This document shows positions 11,574 to 24,350 of a stretch of DNA of 64,000 nt, one piece after another (within the stretch, counting starts at the first letter, position 1; each line of letters begins with the position of its first letter). Source of the DNA: Chrysemys picta bellii. Its lineage: Eukaryota. The position numbers and the translations under genes are program-made. The notes under the pieces were generated by a model that did not search any database, was not told the DNA's origin, and saw only the letters and a list, made by a program, of their open reading frames with translations. The stretch lies in assembly GCF_011386835.1 (NCBI RefSeq), contig NC_088792.1, forward strand, positions 2,108,001 through 2,172,000. Direction: 5' to 3'.

Positions 11574-12649
11574 GACGGGGCACGAGGCACACAGGGAGCA
11601 GAGCATGGATCACTTGGGCCAGCTGAATCACTGAGTCCCAGCAGGCGGGTTTTGTCTGCTCTCCCCGTGATGCCGCCGCACACAATCCCTTGTTTAATGC
11701 CAGCGAGAGTTTTCATTTCCCAGAAGATGGGGACAGGGCTGCAAGCAGATCCCGCATCCTAATGATAAAGGCGTCCCTAGCGGCCTGGAGCCAAGCCTGA
11801 AGACGAACATCTAAGGCACAATGGACGTCCTAATCCTAACATCCGCCCTGTGAGCGGATTTGGGCTCAGCAGCTCAGCCCTACTTTAAAAACGATTCTTG
11901 CCCTCATAGCAACAAATGAAACGCTGAAAGCTTGAGTCAAGTGTAAGCCGTGCAGAGATGTCCGCCTGAGTTAAGGGACATTAGCTTGGACGAGTGTGGA
12001 TTGCCCCATTCATCTCAATGGGATGTTAACTCTGAACCCTACAGATGGCAAGTAATAACCCAACAGTGCTAACTATTTGGGCAGAAGCGTCCAGCCGATG
12101 TGTTGACTCCACACTGTCAATCAATCTTCCACCCATTCCCAGCTGCCAATTGCCCCTCACGCAGCGACCGAGACCGTCAGCTTCCCCCCGGAAGATGTCT
12201 GCAAAGCCGTTCTGTAATTTCGTTCCAGGATTCGATAGCACGTTGAAAACTGAGTGTGTGGGGACAGCATGAAGCAAAGTGGATTTAACATCCAAATATA
12301 GAGCGTGAAGCTGCGCTGCGTTACTCAGCTTCTTCCCTGAGTCCCCAGAAAGCTCCGGTTCCAAATGTATTTGAAGCTGCTGCAGAATGTAGGCCCAGCT
12401 TCTCCCAGAGCGCACCGAGCCCTGACTGTGATGCTGCCCAGAGCTGAAGTGGATTAGCCCACGGGGACGTTTCCAAAGCCCTGGGATGCGCTGGGGTGTG
12501 TTCTCCGGGGTCTCCCCACTGAGCATGCTCCTCACTCAGCCGCGTGTTCTGATGGGCGGGCGTCTCTTGTTGTTGCAGGTCCCAGCGAGGCGTGAGGACA
12601 GGACCGCCCTTCCCTTCTGGAGCAGTGGCAGAGCGGCACCGGGAGCAGA

Positions 12650-15600
12650 ATGAGGGAGAACTATGATGCCATGATTGCTCTGGGTAAAAGCAGCCCCCGC
12701 CTGCGGTGTGTGCCCTGCATTGCGCAGGGAGTGCTCCGGGGAGGGGCACCTCCCCCTAAATTCCCTGGGGGGCTGGTGAATGGCGCACCGGCAGTGTCGG
12801 GGGCTCTCGACTGGCTGCAAACAGGCAGGCCCTCTGGTGCGTGGAGTTGTTGCTCCCAGAAGCCATTGCGACCCCAGCCCAGTGACACTGTGCAGGAGCG
12901 TTCTCTCCGCAGGGAGTAAGGCCCTATCCGGACTCCTCTCCTAAACGTACCCTCCGTCAGCTTTGGGGCGACTGGGTTTGCTGTGCCCGAGAGCCGGCGG
13001 GTGGCCCGGCCTGCCCTGCACGTGGCCAGCAGCCTCTGTTGTGTCTCATGCAGGGTCCCCCGTCGCCAAACCCGAGATTGTCCCACGGGTTGAGCAAGCC
13101 GAAGAGCCTCGTGCCAAGGCTCCTGGGGAGGCAGAGCAGAGGGAGGCCCCTGGCAGCGCCAGCCCAGGTCAGTGAGGGGCATGGGGAGGGCTCTTTCCCA
13201 AGCGAGATGCTCCAGGTCCTGGAAGCAGAGTAAGGATGTGGACTGACCAGTGCTTGAGCCGTGTCAGCGGCAGGAGGATCCGGGCACGGTTGTTGCTCTC
13301 CCAGCCTGGAGGTCCTGGTGAACCCCAGCTGCAGCGACTTGTCATCGCTGGTGCTCGGCCTGAGGTTTGCATCCTTTCCTGTGGGAAGCAGGAGCCCTTC
13401 TCGCGCCTGGCAGGCGTCTGCGGGGGGCTGCGCCGGAGACTGGAGCTGGGGGCTCGTGGCGCTGGTGCTGGCTGCCTGGCCCTGGCTGCAGGCAGTTTAG
13501 GCTATTGCTCTGGCCCAACAAAACGCTTACTGGCTCGGGTCGCGGTGGCTTACGGGGCTGCCTCTCTCCGAGTGCTGCTGCCGGCTACGGGTAGCCCCGG
13601 GCTGTGTGCAGGAGGGAGCCTCTGCTGGCATTCGCAGGGGGGGCGGTGGGACTCCCCTCTCCTCTTGGGCCACCAGAGCCAGGATTTGCTGCCCTGCAGG
13701 TGCCCTGACACCACGGGTGAGGGGCGACTTTATAAAACCCGAGGGAGCTGGAGGGAGGTGCAGCCAGCCACTCCTGGGCTGCTTGTGACACTTCCTAAAG
13801 CGTGGGGGAATCTGGGCTTGATTCTCTCTCCCTCTGACAGGATCCGTAGTGCCCAAGCCCGAGATCGTCCCGCAAGGTGAGCGAGAGCAGCAGCAGCAGC
13901 ATGGTGGCGGGGAGCAGATGGGGCTGGAAGGACGAAAAGGCCCTGAGAGCAGCTTCTCAGGTGAGACCACCCCCCCACCCCCCCGTATCTGCCAAGCAAA
14001 CTCCCTGGCACCATCCGCTGCCAATGTGCCCCAGCCCTGCGGTGAGAGGCGCTCAGTCTCTGGGGGGGGGGGTAGCTCAGTGGTTTGAGCATTGGCCTGC
14101 TAAACCCAGGGTTATGAGTTCAAGCTTGAGGGGGCCACTTAGGGACCTGGGTCAAAAATTGGTCCTGCTAGTGAAGGCAGGGGGCTGGACTCGATGACCC
14201 TTCGGGGTCCCTTCCAGTTCTAGGAGATAGGTCTCCACAGCTCAGTCAGCCCTTGGCGAGCGAGGGGACCACTCAGGGCCCGCTCACATCCCTGGCCCTG
14301 GTTCTCAGGACTCGCTGGGCCGCGGGAGCAGCTCCGGTAACTCAGCAGGGGGAGGTACTGGAATTGCTGGGCGTGGTTCTGTCCCTGAAGAAGCCAGGGA
14401 CATGGCTGGGGGTCGGTGGGTTACCCGACGTGCTGGGCTGTCTGATTCTCCATCTCTCTCTCCCCGGGCAGATGACTGGCTCATCCGGACGGTGAAGGTG
14501 GAGGAGGACTATGAGGAGTGGCCTGCGAGTCTCAGTGCGGAGGCGCTGCTGTCGGGGCAGCTGCAGGGCAGCGGCTTGCTGCACCCCGACGGGGGCCACG
14601 GCTACCTGGGCGCGTGCAAGCTGGAGAGGCCGAGCCTGGAGGACTACGGCAGCTACGGCGACCTCCCGGGCTTGGCCCTGCAGCAGTGGCAGCTCCTGAC
14701 CGAGAAGCCGTACGGCTGCACCGAGTGCGAGCGGCGCTTCAAGGACAAGCTGACACTGCGGCTCCACCAGCGGGTACACACCGGGGAGAGCCCCTACGCC
14801 TGCGGGGAGTGCGGCCGCAGCTTCAGCCAGAAGCCCAACCTGGTGGCCCACCAGCGCACCCACTCCGGGGAGCGGCCCTTCCCCTGCGCCCAGTGCGGCA
14901 AGGGCTTCAGCAAGAAGGCCCACCTGACGCGGCACCAGCGCATCCACACGGGCGAGCGCCCCTACCAGTGTGCCCAGTGCGGCCGCTGCTTCAGCCAGAA
15001 GATCCACCTGGGATCGCACCAGAAGACGCACACCGGGGAGCGGCCCTTCCCCTGCGCCGAGTGCGGCCGGAGCTTCCGCAAGAAGACGCACCTGATCCGG
15101 CACCAGCGCATCCACACCGGGGAGCGTCCCTACCAGTGCGCCCAGTGCGCCCGCAGCTTCACCCACAAGCAGCATCTGGTGCGGCACCAGCGCGTGCACA
15201 CGGAGCCGGAGCCAGAGCCGGGGGCACTGGCCCAGCTGGAGACAAGTGCCCCCTGCAGGCTGCCAGAAGTGGCAGTGCCACCCCCAGGGTCCTCGCCGGA
15301 GCAGAAACCCTTCACCTGCCCCGAGTGCGGCAAAAGCTTCAGCTGGAAGAAGAACCTGACGTCGCACCAGCGGCTGCACCTGGAGGGGCGGCCCTTCTCC
15401 TGCGCCGAGTGCGGACGCGGCTTCAGCGACAAGCGCCACCTGACCGCCCACCTGCGCAGCCACATGGGCCTCAAGCCCTACGCCTGCGCCTACTGCGAGA
15501 AGAGCTTCAGCCACAAGCCCAACCTGACCACACACCAGCGCACGCACACCGGGGAGCGCCCCTTCGCCTGCCCCGACTGCGGCCGCAGCTTCACCCACAA

Positions 15601-16045
15601 CCAGCACCTGGTGCGGCACCGCCGCGTCCACACCGGCGAGCGCCCCTTCGCCTGCCCCCAGTGCGACCGCAGCTTCAGCTCCCGGCCCAACCTCATCGCC
15701 CACACCAAGGCCCACTCAGGCAAGCGGCCCTACATCTGCGAGCAGTGCAGCCGCGGCTTCAGCCGCAAGTCCCACCTGGTGAGGCACCAGGCCGTGCACA
15801 CCGGCACCCGCCCCCACGGCTGCAGCCTGTGCGGCAAGCGCTTCAGCTCCAAGACCAACCTGGTCCGGCACCAGGCCGTGCACACGGGGCACCGGCCCTA
15901 CATCTGCACCCAGTGTGGCAAGAGCTTCAGCAGGAAGACGCATCTCCTGAGGCATGAGCGTACCCACGCTGCCCCCCTGCAGAGGGACAGGGACAGCGCC
16001 TGGGCTGTGCATGACCCCCTGAGCCAGCAGGCAGCCTGCCTCTAG
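12650..16045 (+). CDS. ZNF467: Zinc finger protein 467, 613 aa, 14 C2H2 fingers; coding exons 12650-12683, 13054-13167, 13841-13960, 14472-16045
   Basis: All junctions are GT-AG and phase 1, and the CDS totals 1842 nt. It matches recalled human ZNF467 motifs: MRE..LG start, W.IR.VKVE, KKAHLTRH, SQKIHLGSHQKTH, RKKTHLIRH, THKQHLVRH, SRKSHL.RHQAVH, SSKTNLVRHQA. Synteny with LRRC61 and RARRES2 agrees. Confidence 0.92.
14062..14228 (+). mobile_element. Tortoise-type tRNA-derived Pol III/CR1 SINE in the last ZNF467 intron
   Basis: A-box TAGCTCAGTGG, B-box-like GAGTTCAAGC, CR1-derived tail GGACTCGATGACC...CCCTTCCAGTTCTAGG. Confidence 0.85.
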
Positions 16046-17975
16046 TGGTGGGGGACTAGTGACTCGCACGGCTCACCACTCCGAGGGACCAGTTACTCTG
16101 CTCTGAGCTGGACAAAGTGCGGGCAGGTGCTGTGCTGTCAGTGCCAACCTGTAATCCCCCTCCCCGCCGTGCTATCCCAGCCCTGGGCTCCCCCACATAC
16201 ACTGCTCTGCAACTCCCCTCCACACCAACCCCCTGTATTCCAGTCCTTCCATGTCACCCTGGTTCTGCTCATGCATTTCAGACTCAACCTGCAGCCCCCT
16301 GCTAATCCAGGGGCTCCCTCCCCCACCAGCTCTGCTGGTGCCCCTCATTCCTGACAGCCAGCCATCGCAGTCCTTCTCTAGATCCTCACTTCAGCCCGGC
16401 CCTGCCATGCCCACTTGGGGCTCCCCACCCACACGGTTCTGTCACTCGCCCTCAATCCCAGCTCTCCGGCGTATGGATGGGATGGGAGAGAGAGAGAGAG
16501 AGCTGGGAAGCCACAGGAGAGAAGCTGCCTGAGTGTCCTGCAGCAAGACCCACTTCTGATCCAGACGTGCCTTGAGAGCCCAGCGCGCGGTTCAGACAGC
16601 CCAGCCCGCATGGGCACGGGCAGGGACACCACTGGGCGCAGCTGCCCTCAGCCTCAGCCTGTCCATCATCCACCTGCTGCGAGACAAGCCCTTCACACCG
16701 CCTGGGGAGCTGACCAGGCAGGAGACGGGGTTAGGACTCCTCCTTGAATCATTCCTAAGCTGGAAAGGGGGATAATACCATTCCCCTGAGCCAAATGGTG
16801 CCATAAACAGTGTTCTCGAACGGTGCTGGAGATGGGTTGGAAGCTGGCCTCTCAGCCTGCTCACTTCCCCAGTCGCTGGCCAGGGCACCCAGCGCTGGTC
16901 CAGCAAGAACTGTGGGCAAGCGAGAAGAGGGGGGGGGTGTTCTGTTCTCTACCTGAGAGGGGGCACAGCAGGGGACCCCCAAGCGAAGGGGCATTTGAAT
17001 GTTAACGTCCCTCTGTAATTAAAGACGAAACTCAAGCCCTTTGCCTGGCTAGTGCTGCGAGCCGGGCGTTTCTTTCTTCACACCCATCTCGGGGGGTTTC
17101 TGGGGAGCCCTCCAGGGTGGGAAGAGAGGCTGGGCATTGAGAACAATCAGTGAGACCTGCTTCGGTCCACGGCGAGATGGTCACAGAGCGAGGAAGCTGG
17201 GGCCGAGAGGGGCCTGCTTACAAGTTCCCACTGTACCCTCCAATAGCTTTGGAACAAAAAAAAGAGTTCATGTCCCGTTTGGTGAAATCACACCAATTAC
17301 AGCCATGCTGGGAGGCCTGCCAGTTTCTCCCCGCAAAGCACAATTGCCAAGGAGTTAATTTTGTCCCCACCTGCTCTTGTCCCCATTCTACTTCCATTCA
17401 TTCTGCACCACTCTGTCCCCGCATCAGCTTATTCTGCGCCTTTCCTGCCCCCTCAACTCCGCAGAAGTCGTCAGCTCCGGCTCTGCTCCTCCTGCACCCC
17501 TGGAGGACCTCCCCTCCGTCTAGGAGGGGCAGCTCAGCAGGGCCCTGTTCCTCCCTCCCTCCCCAGCTTGAAATGACTGGGTGCAGAGGGAGGGCGGCGC
17601 AGAGCCTCCCTGAGCTGTGCAGGCTGCTCCCTCTTCCCGAACCCTGACCCAGGATCTCCTAGGCAGGGCAGAGATAGGCCTGTTGTGGGCAGCAGGTTGC
17701 CCCCGCCCCCCCCCGGCTCCCTGAATCTGTGGTACGGACATCCCTGTCGTGGCTGCCAGACAATGCAGAGACCGAGCGGCGCTGGGCAGCAGTAGCAGGC
17801 GTGGAAATGGCACATGAGCTCACTGAGGCAGGGACTGTCCAGTGGGAACCTGAACCCTGTCTGGGGCATGCAGCAGAAATCACTCATCATGCTCATGGAT
17901 TTGGTTTGTCACCCCTAGCTCCTGGCTGAGGGGGGCTTGGTGCCAGGCCTGGTGGGCAGCAGGGGAGCATGTCTG

Positions 17976-18636
17976 TGTTGCCAGGGTGCACTCACTGCTG
18001 GTGACGCCTCCTCCTGGCCATCCTAGGGATTAGCTGTGCCAGGCACTGCACCCTCCACTGGCGATGTCTTCACCCTGTTTCACCCTGCGGCCCCTCTCAC
18101 TCCAGGAACTGCAGCCACCTATTCTGGACTCGGCTCTCTGGCCAGGTCACTACGTGGTTCCCCTTCTGGGGGTTACCCAAAGTCCTTCCACACAACCAGT
18201 CCCAGGCCGTCCTCTCGGGCACTGTCCTGACGGTGCCACTTCCCTAGCAACCGGTAGGGAAACCAGGGTCACTCACTACTCCAGCTTCCAGGCCAGGGAC
18301 CCTGTACCTAGTAACTGGTCTGCTGTCCCTCAGCCCTGGTTGCTCCTTCCTACAGCTTCTGGTCCCCCTCTTCTCTGGGTGAACCACCTCTCACCTCAGA
18401 GGGAGTAACTGTAGGTGGCTCTTCCTGGGAGTGAATGCAGCCTGCAGCCACCTTCTGCTGCCAGCTTCCTGGCTTTATAAACGCAGCCCAGCTCCTCCCT
18501 CAGCTGGGCTTCATCAGTAAGTTAGGCCTTAGCACCCCCTGGCTCTCCTCCAGGTGTGGTCTACAGGTTAATTGGCCTAATTTACCCCTTCAGCCCTTGT
18601 GTGGGGTGGACACAGGGCCAGTGCCCTCCATCCACA
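17976..18636. mobile_element. Probable solo LTR
   Basis: TG...CA ends with an imperfect 5-bp TSD (GTCTG / GGCTG); composition is LTR-like. Confidence 0.45.
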
Positions 18637-19019
18637 GGCTGAGGGGGAAGGCGGCTGAGCTCCATAGGCAGGAGAGGGGCGATGCAGGCCGCACAATCCG
18701 AGTCCTGGAGATAGGGGAGGGGAACTATCTGGCTGCATTTCTGACAGGGGAGGGGACCTTGCCCAGCCTGGGCTGTGAGGGGGGAGCTGCTCTGCCCACA
18801 GAGCTGGCCAAGCCCCCCAGCGAGACACTTGGGGGGGAAGCTGGGGACACAGACCCTGTGGCTTGCTCAGCCTGGTCACTCCCTGAAGCCTGCAGGGGCA
18901 GCAGACACTGCAAACGCCTCAGCAGGGAGTGCAGAGCTGATGACATTTGGGTGGAGAGTGCTAGTGGCATGAGGTGAGCAAAGGCAGCCCTGGGGGCACA
19001 GCTGGGAACCAGACAGCGA

Positions 19020-21815
19020 AGCCAAACAGCAAAAATTAAGATGCTTGTACACCAATGCGAGGAGCCTAGGTAACAAAATGGAGGAACTAGAGCTACTGGT
19101 GCAGGAAGTGAAACCAGATACTATAGGGATAACAGAAACATGGTGGAATAGTAGTCATGACTGGAGTACAGATATTGAAGGGTATGGTGGTGGAGTAGCA
19201 TTGTATATCAATGATGAGGTAGATTGTAAAGAAATAAGGGATGGAATGGATAAGACAGAGTCTGTCTGGGCAAAAATCACTTTGGGGAAGAAAGCTACTA
19301 GAGCCTCCCCTGAGATACGCTTGGGGTGTGCTACAGACCGCCGGGATCCGATTTGGACATGGATGGAGACCTCTTTAATCTTTTTAATGAAGTTAACACT
19401 AATGGGAATTGTGTGATCATGGGAGACTTTAACGTCCCAGCTATAGACTGGAGGTCAAGAGCTAGTAATAATAATAGGGCTCAGATTTTCCTGGATGCGA
19501 TAGCTGATGGATTCCTTCACCAAGTAGTTGCTGAACCAACAAGAGGGGATGCCATTTTAGATTTGGTTTTGGTGAGTAGTGAGGACCTCATAGAAGAAAT
19601 GGTTCGAGCAATCATGAGCTAATTCAGTTCAAACTAGATGGAAGGATAAACAAAAATAGATCTGGGACTAGGGTTTTTGATTTCAAAAGGGCTAACTTTA
19701 AAGAATTAAGGAAATTAAGTAGGGAAGTGGATTGGACTGAAGAATTTGTGGATCTAAAGGCGGAGGAGGCCTGGAATTACTTCAAGTCAAAGTTGCAGAA
19801 ACTATCCGAAGTCTGCATCCCAAGAAAGGGGAAAAAAATCATAGGCAGGAGTTGTAGACCAAGCATCTCAGAAAGGTGATTAAGAAAAAGCAGAAAGCCT
19901 ACAAGGAGTGGACGATGGGAGGGATTAGCAAGGAAAGCTACCTTATTGAGGTCAGAACATGCAGGGATAAAGTGAGAAAGGCCAAAAGCCATGTAGAGTT
20001 GGACCTTGCAAAGGGAATTAAGATCAATAGTAAAAGGTTCTATAGCCATCTAAATAAGAAGAAAACAAAGAAGTGGGACCGCTAAACACTGAGGATGGAG
20101 TGGAGGTTAAGGATAATCTAGGCATGGCCCAGTATCTAAACAAATATTTTGCCTCAGTCTTTAATGAGGCTAATGAGGAACTTAGGGATAATGGTAGGAT
20201 GACAAATGGGAATGAGGATATGGAGGTAGCTATTACCACATCCGAGGTAGAAGCCAAACTCAAACAGCTTAATGGGACTAAATTGGGAGGCCCAGATAAT
20301 CTTTCATCCAAGAATATTAAAGGAACTGGCACATGAAATTGCAAGCCCATTAGCAAGAATTTTTAATGAATCTGTAAACTCAGGGGTTGTACCGTATGAC
20401 TGGAGAATTGCTAACATAGTTCCTATTTTTAAGAAAGGGAAAAAAGTGATCTGGGTAACTATAGACCTGTTAGTTTGACATCTGTAGTATGCAAGGTCTT
20501 GGAAAAATTTTTGAAGGAGAAAGTAATTAAAGGACATTGAGGTTAATGGTAATTGGGACAAAATACAACATGGTTTTACAAAAGGTAGATTGTGCCAAAC
20601 CAACCTGATCTCCTTCTTTGAGAAGGTAACATTTTTTAGACGAAGGAAATGCAGTGGATCTAATTTACCTCAATTTCAGTAAGGCATTTGATATAGTTCC
20701 ACATGGGGAATGATTAGCTAAATTGGAAAAGATGGGGATCAATATGAAAATTGAAAGGTGGATAAGGAACTGGTTAAAGGGGAGACTACAATGGGTCATA
20801 CTGAAAGGTGACCTGTCAGGCTGGAAGGAGGTTACTAGTGGAGTTCCTCAGGGATCGGTTTTGGGACCAATCTTATTTGATCTTTTTATTACTGACCTTG
20901 GCACAAAAAGTGGGAATGTGCTAATAAAGTTTGCAGATGACACAAAGCTAGGAGGTATTGCCAATACAGAGAAGGACCGGGATATCATACAGGAAGATCT
21001 GGATCACCTTGTAAACTGGAGTAATAGTAATAGGATGAAATTTAATAGTGAAAAGTGCAAAGTCATGCATTTAGGGATTAATAACAAGAACTATTGTTAT
21101 AAGCTGGGGACACATCAGTTGGAAGTAACAGAGGAGGAGAAGGACCTTGGAATATTGGTTGATCACAGGATGATTACGAGTCGCCAATGTGATATGGCCT
21201 TGAAAAAAGCTAATGCGGTCTTGGAATGCATCAGGTGAGGTATTTCCAGTAGAGATAAGGAGGTGTTAGTACCGTTATACAAGGCACCGGTGAGACCTCA
21301 TCTGGAATAGTGTGTGCAGTTCTGGTTTCCCATGTTTAAGAAGGATGAATTCAAACTGGAACAGGTACAGAGAAGGGCTACTAGGATGATCCGAGGAATG
21401 GAAAACCTGTCTTATGAAAGGAGACTCAAAGAGCTTGGCTTGTTTAGCCTAACCAAAAGAAGGCTGAGGAGAGATGATTGCTCTTTATAAATATATCAGA
21501 GCGATAAATACCAGGGAGGGAGAGGAATTATTTAAGCTCAGTACCAATGTGGACACAAGAACAAATGGATATAAACTGGCCATCAGGAAGTTTAGACTTG
21601 AAATTAGACAAAGGTTTCTAACCATCAGAGGAGTGAAGTTCTGGAACAGCCTTCCAAGGGGAGCAGTGGGGGCAAAAGACATATCTGGCTTCAAGACTAA
21701 GCGTGATAAGTTTATGGAGGGGATGGTATGATGGGATAGCCTCATTTGGGCAATTAATTGATCTTTGACTATTAGCGGTAAATATGCCCAATGGGCTGTG
21801 ATGGGATGTTAGATG
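19020..21815 (+). mobile_element. Degenerate CR1 LINE (ORF2 endonuclease + RT + 3' end)
   Basis: Frameshifted fragments: YTNARSLGNKMEELE and IMGDFN (APE endonuclease); SGVPQGSVLGPILF and KFADDTKL (RT); then the CR1 C-terminus and 3' UTR. Confidence 0.95.
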
Positions 21816-23149
21816 GTTTTATTCTGACTAGAGCCAACTTTTATCAAGACTTTAGAAACTTAGATCTAGTTGGGCAAATCTTTTCCCCCTTTGAACGGCA
21901 GGCTGCTCAGAGCGGGTTCATTTCCCTCTGAGCCTCAGGGGGGCTGGCATTGTGATGGGGGTACAATGCTTCATTTCAGCCCCATTGCAGGGTGGGATGG
22001 TACCAAGATGGGAGGAGGCCTGATGCCTGCCGTGGGCCCACACTCCGCTTTTTTTTACTGCCACCGGGTCATCGGTAACAAAGCCCCATGCTACAGCTCT
22101 GATCTAGCCTAGACCAACCATGCACAAACCCATATGGGTGGGTGTGAGCAGACAAGAAGCCTGCTCTCCCAGCTCCAGACACAGAGGTCTCTACCCTGGC
22201 TAGCGCCAGCCCCTGTGTCACATGGTTGCGATTCAGTGCATATGAACTTTGCACAGTGAGGCACTTTGGGGAAAGCACACCACACACAGTCCAGCTGGAG
22301 CTCACAGGCCTTGCTGGGCACTTGAACTCCCTTTCACTCTCCCGTATTGAGTGTCACATCTCAGACAGGATGCCGGTTCCTCCCGCAGACAGGCAGCTCC
22401 TCTCACAGCTTCCAAAACCTGGCTCACCCGCCTGCCATTCCATAGCTAAGCTTTTCCCATCGTGTGACGCACTGAGCTGACTCCAGATTTACTCACTTGT
22501 GTAGGGAGGAAACCCCCCAGTCCCTGAGCCGTAAAGGGCTGAGGCCTGTATTCCGAGTGAGAAACTGTGGTTAGACACCCGGTGCTGTCCAAAGGGATTC
22601 ACTTTTAAAGTATCCATCTTTGCCCTGAGCATTTCACTGGTCATGTTGTAATAGCGAACGGAAGAGAGGCTAACCCACAGAAATGTGGTGTGAGGAGCAT
22701 GTCTGCAAGGTACTGCAACATCCCCTGCAGCCTGCTGGAGGTGTTCAAGGAAATCAACAGCAATCCAAAGAGGCCTTCGTCCAGTGTTAGAAAACCCAAG
22801 TGTCTGACAGATGCTGTTCAGGACAGAATTTCTGCCATGCCAGCCTTACAAACCAAAGGGAAAGGACTGTAAAACGGCATTCTTTGTATGGGAGATCTCT
22901 GGCCTTGAACTTCAGTGGAAATGGAGGATGCTTCACTGGAAACCATCCAGCCCGCCTGACAGATCAACACTTATAATTTAAAATATGTATTTGTGTCCAG
23001 GAAATTCCAGGGTATTTTACTGGAGAGAGAGATTACAAGGAGGCTTCAAGGCAATGAGGGTGTGGGGTGTGAAGAGGGCTGAATGATAACTGGGAGCTTC
23101 TTAGGAATGCTGTATTAGATGCTAAATGCTCCCCACAATTCTGCAATCA

Positions 23150-24350
23150 TGTATGAAGGCTTCTTCAGTTAAAAAAGAATAACATCCTCATTAAGAGAGG
23201 AAGTGAAATTAGCTATTAAAAATAAAAATATAATACATAACAAATGGAAAAATGGGGAATTTGATAGCAATGAACACAAACCAACCATTAGGAAAATGCA
23301 GATAATGAGGGAAACTCAGCATAGCAGTGAAAAAAATCTATGGCCAGGGCAGTTAAGGACAAAAAAGGGAATTCATGAAGTACACCAGGAACAAATTAAA
23401 TCCTAACCATGGTATAAGTCCAGTACCAGGTCAGGATGCTAAAATAGACAATCCTGATGCAGGAAAGGCAGAAGTATTTGAATCAATATTTCTGTTCTGT
23501 ATTTGGAATGAAGCGTGATGATGTATTCATATCTCCCAGTAATAAGGAAACACCTTCGATTCCAACAGGAATCCTGTAGGTTGTTAAACAGCAACTCCTG
23601 AAGTTAATTTTTTAATCAGCAGGACCGGATAACTTGCACCCAAGCATATGACAAAAATGGGTTGAAGAGCTCTCTCAATCACTGATGTTGATTTTTAACA
23701 AAACTGTGGAATACCCAGGAAGTTCCGGAGACTGGGAAAGATGCTATTGTTGTGCAAATATTTTAAAAATTTAAATGACGCCAAACAGGATGAGCCGAGT
23801 GACTCTAGACCAGTTAGCCTGACAATGATCCTGGGCAAAATCATGACAAGGCTGCTCTGGGATGCAGTCAGCAAAGACTGAAAGGATGGCAGCGTGACTA
23901 ACGGCAATCAACGTGGTTTTATGGAACACACATTTTACATCACTTTTTGATGAGATTACAGGTGTGGTTGATAAAGATAACTGATGACATAATATAGCTA
24001 TGACCTCTGCATGGCTTTTATCTGAGTCCCACATGACATTCTGTTAAAAAAACTAGCACGATACAAAATCCATGTGCCCATATTAAATGGATTAAAAACT
24101 GGCTACCTGAGAGATCATGAATGTAATACCAAACGAGAATCCTCGTCCTTTGGGGGTGTTTCTCCTGGGGTCTGTTTTGTCCCAATGCTATTCAATACCT
24201 TTCTCAAGCGTCTGGAAGAAAAGAGAAAACCTTTGCTGGTAACATTTGTAGATGACACCACAAACATTGGCAGAGTGGTCAGTCATGATGGGCACAGGTC
24301 AGGTATACAGACCGAGCTGGAGCACTTGGTAAGGTGGGCTCATTGGACTA
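23150..24350 (+). mobile_element. Older, highly decayed CR1 fragment
   Basis: Remnants such as YRPVSLTMILGKIM, a PMLFNTF...TFVDDT motif and AT-rich CR1-like composition. Confidence 0.7.

Noticed and set aside
12026-12535. 169-aa minus-strand ORF in ZNF467 intron 1
   Set aside because: No recognisable motif or splice context; it may be an old repeat, but this cannot be supported without a search.
14062-14135. tRNA genes (also about 2265-2336 and 24560-24620)
   Set aside because: These are tRNA-derived SINE heads; two run into CR1-type tails and none forms a complete cloverleaf.
14342-15957. Long antisense and alternate-frame ORFs over ZNF467
   Set aside because: Shadow ORFs caused by the GC3-rich, repetitive zinc-finger codons.
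22480-23100. AT-richer unannotated stretch that might hide an exon or conserved element
   Set aside because: No convincing ORF, splice pair or repeat signature by eye.
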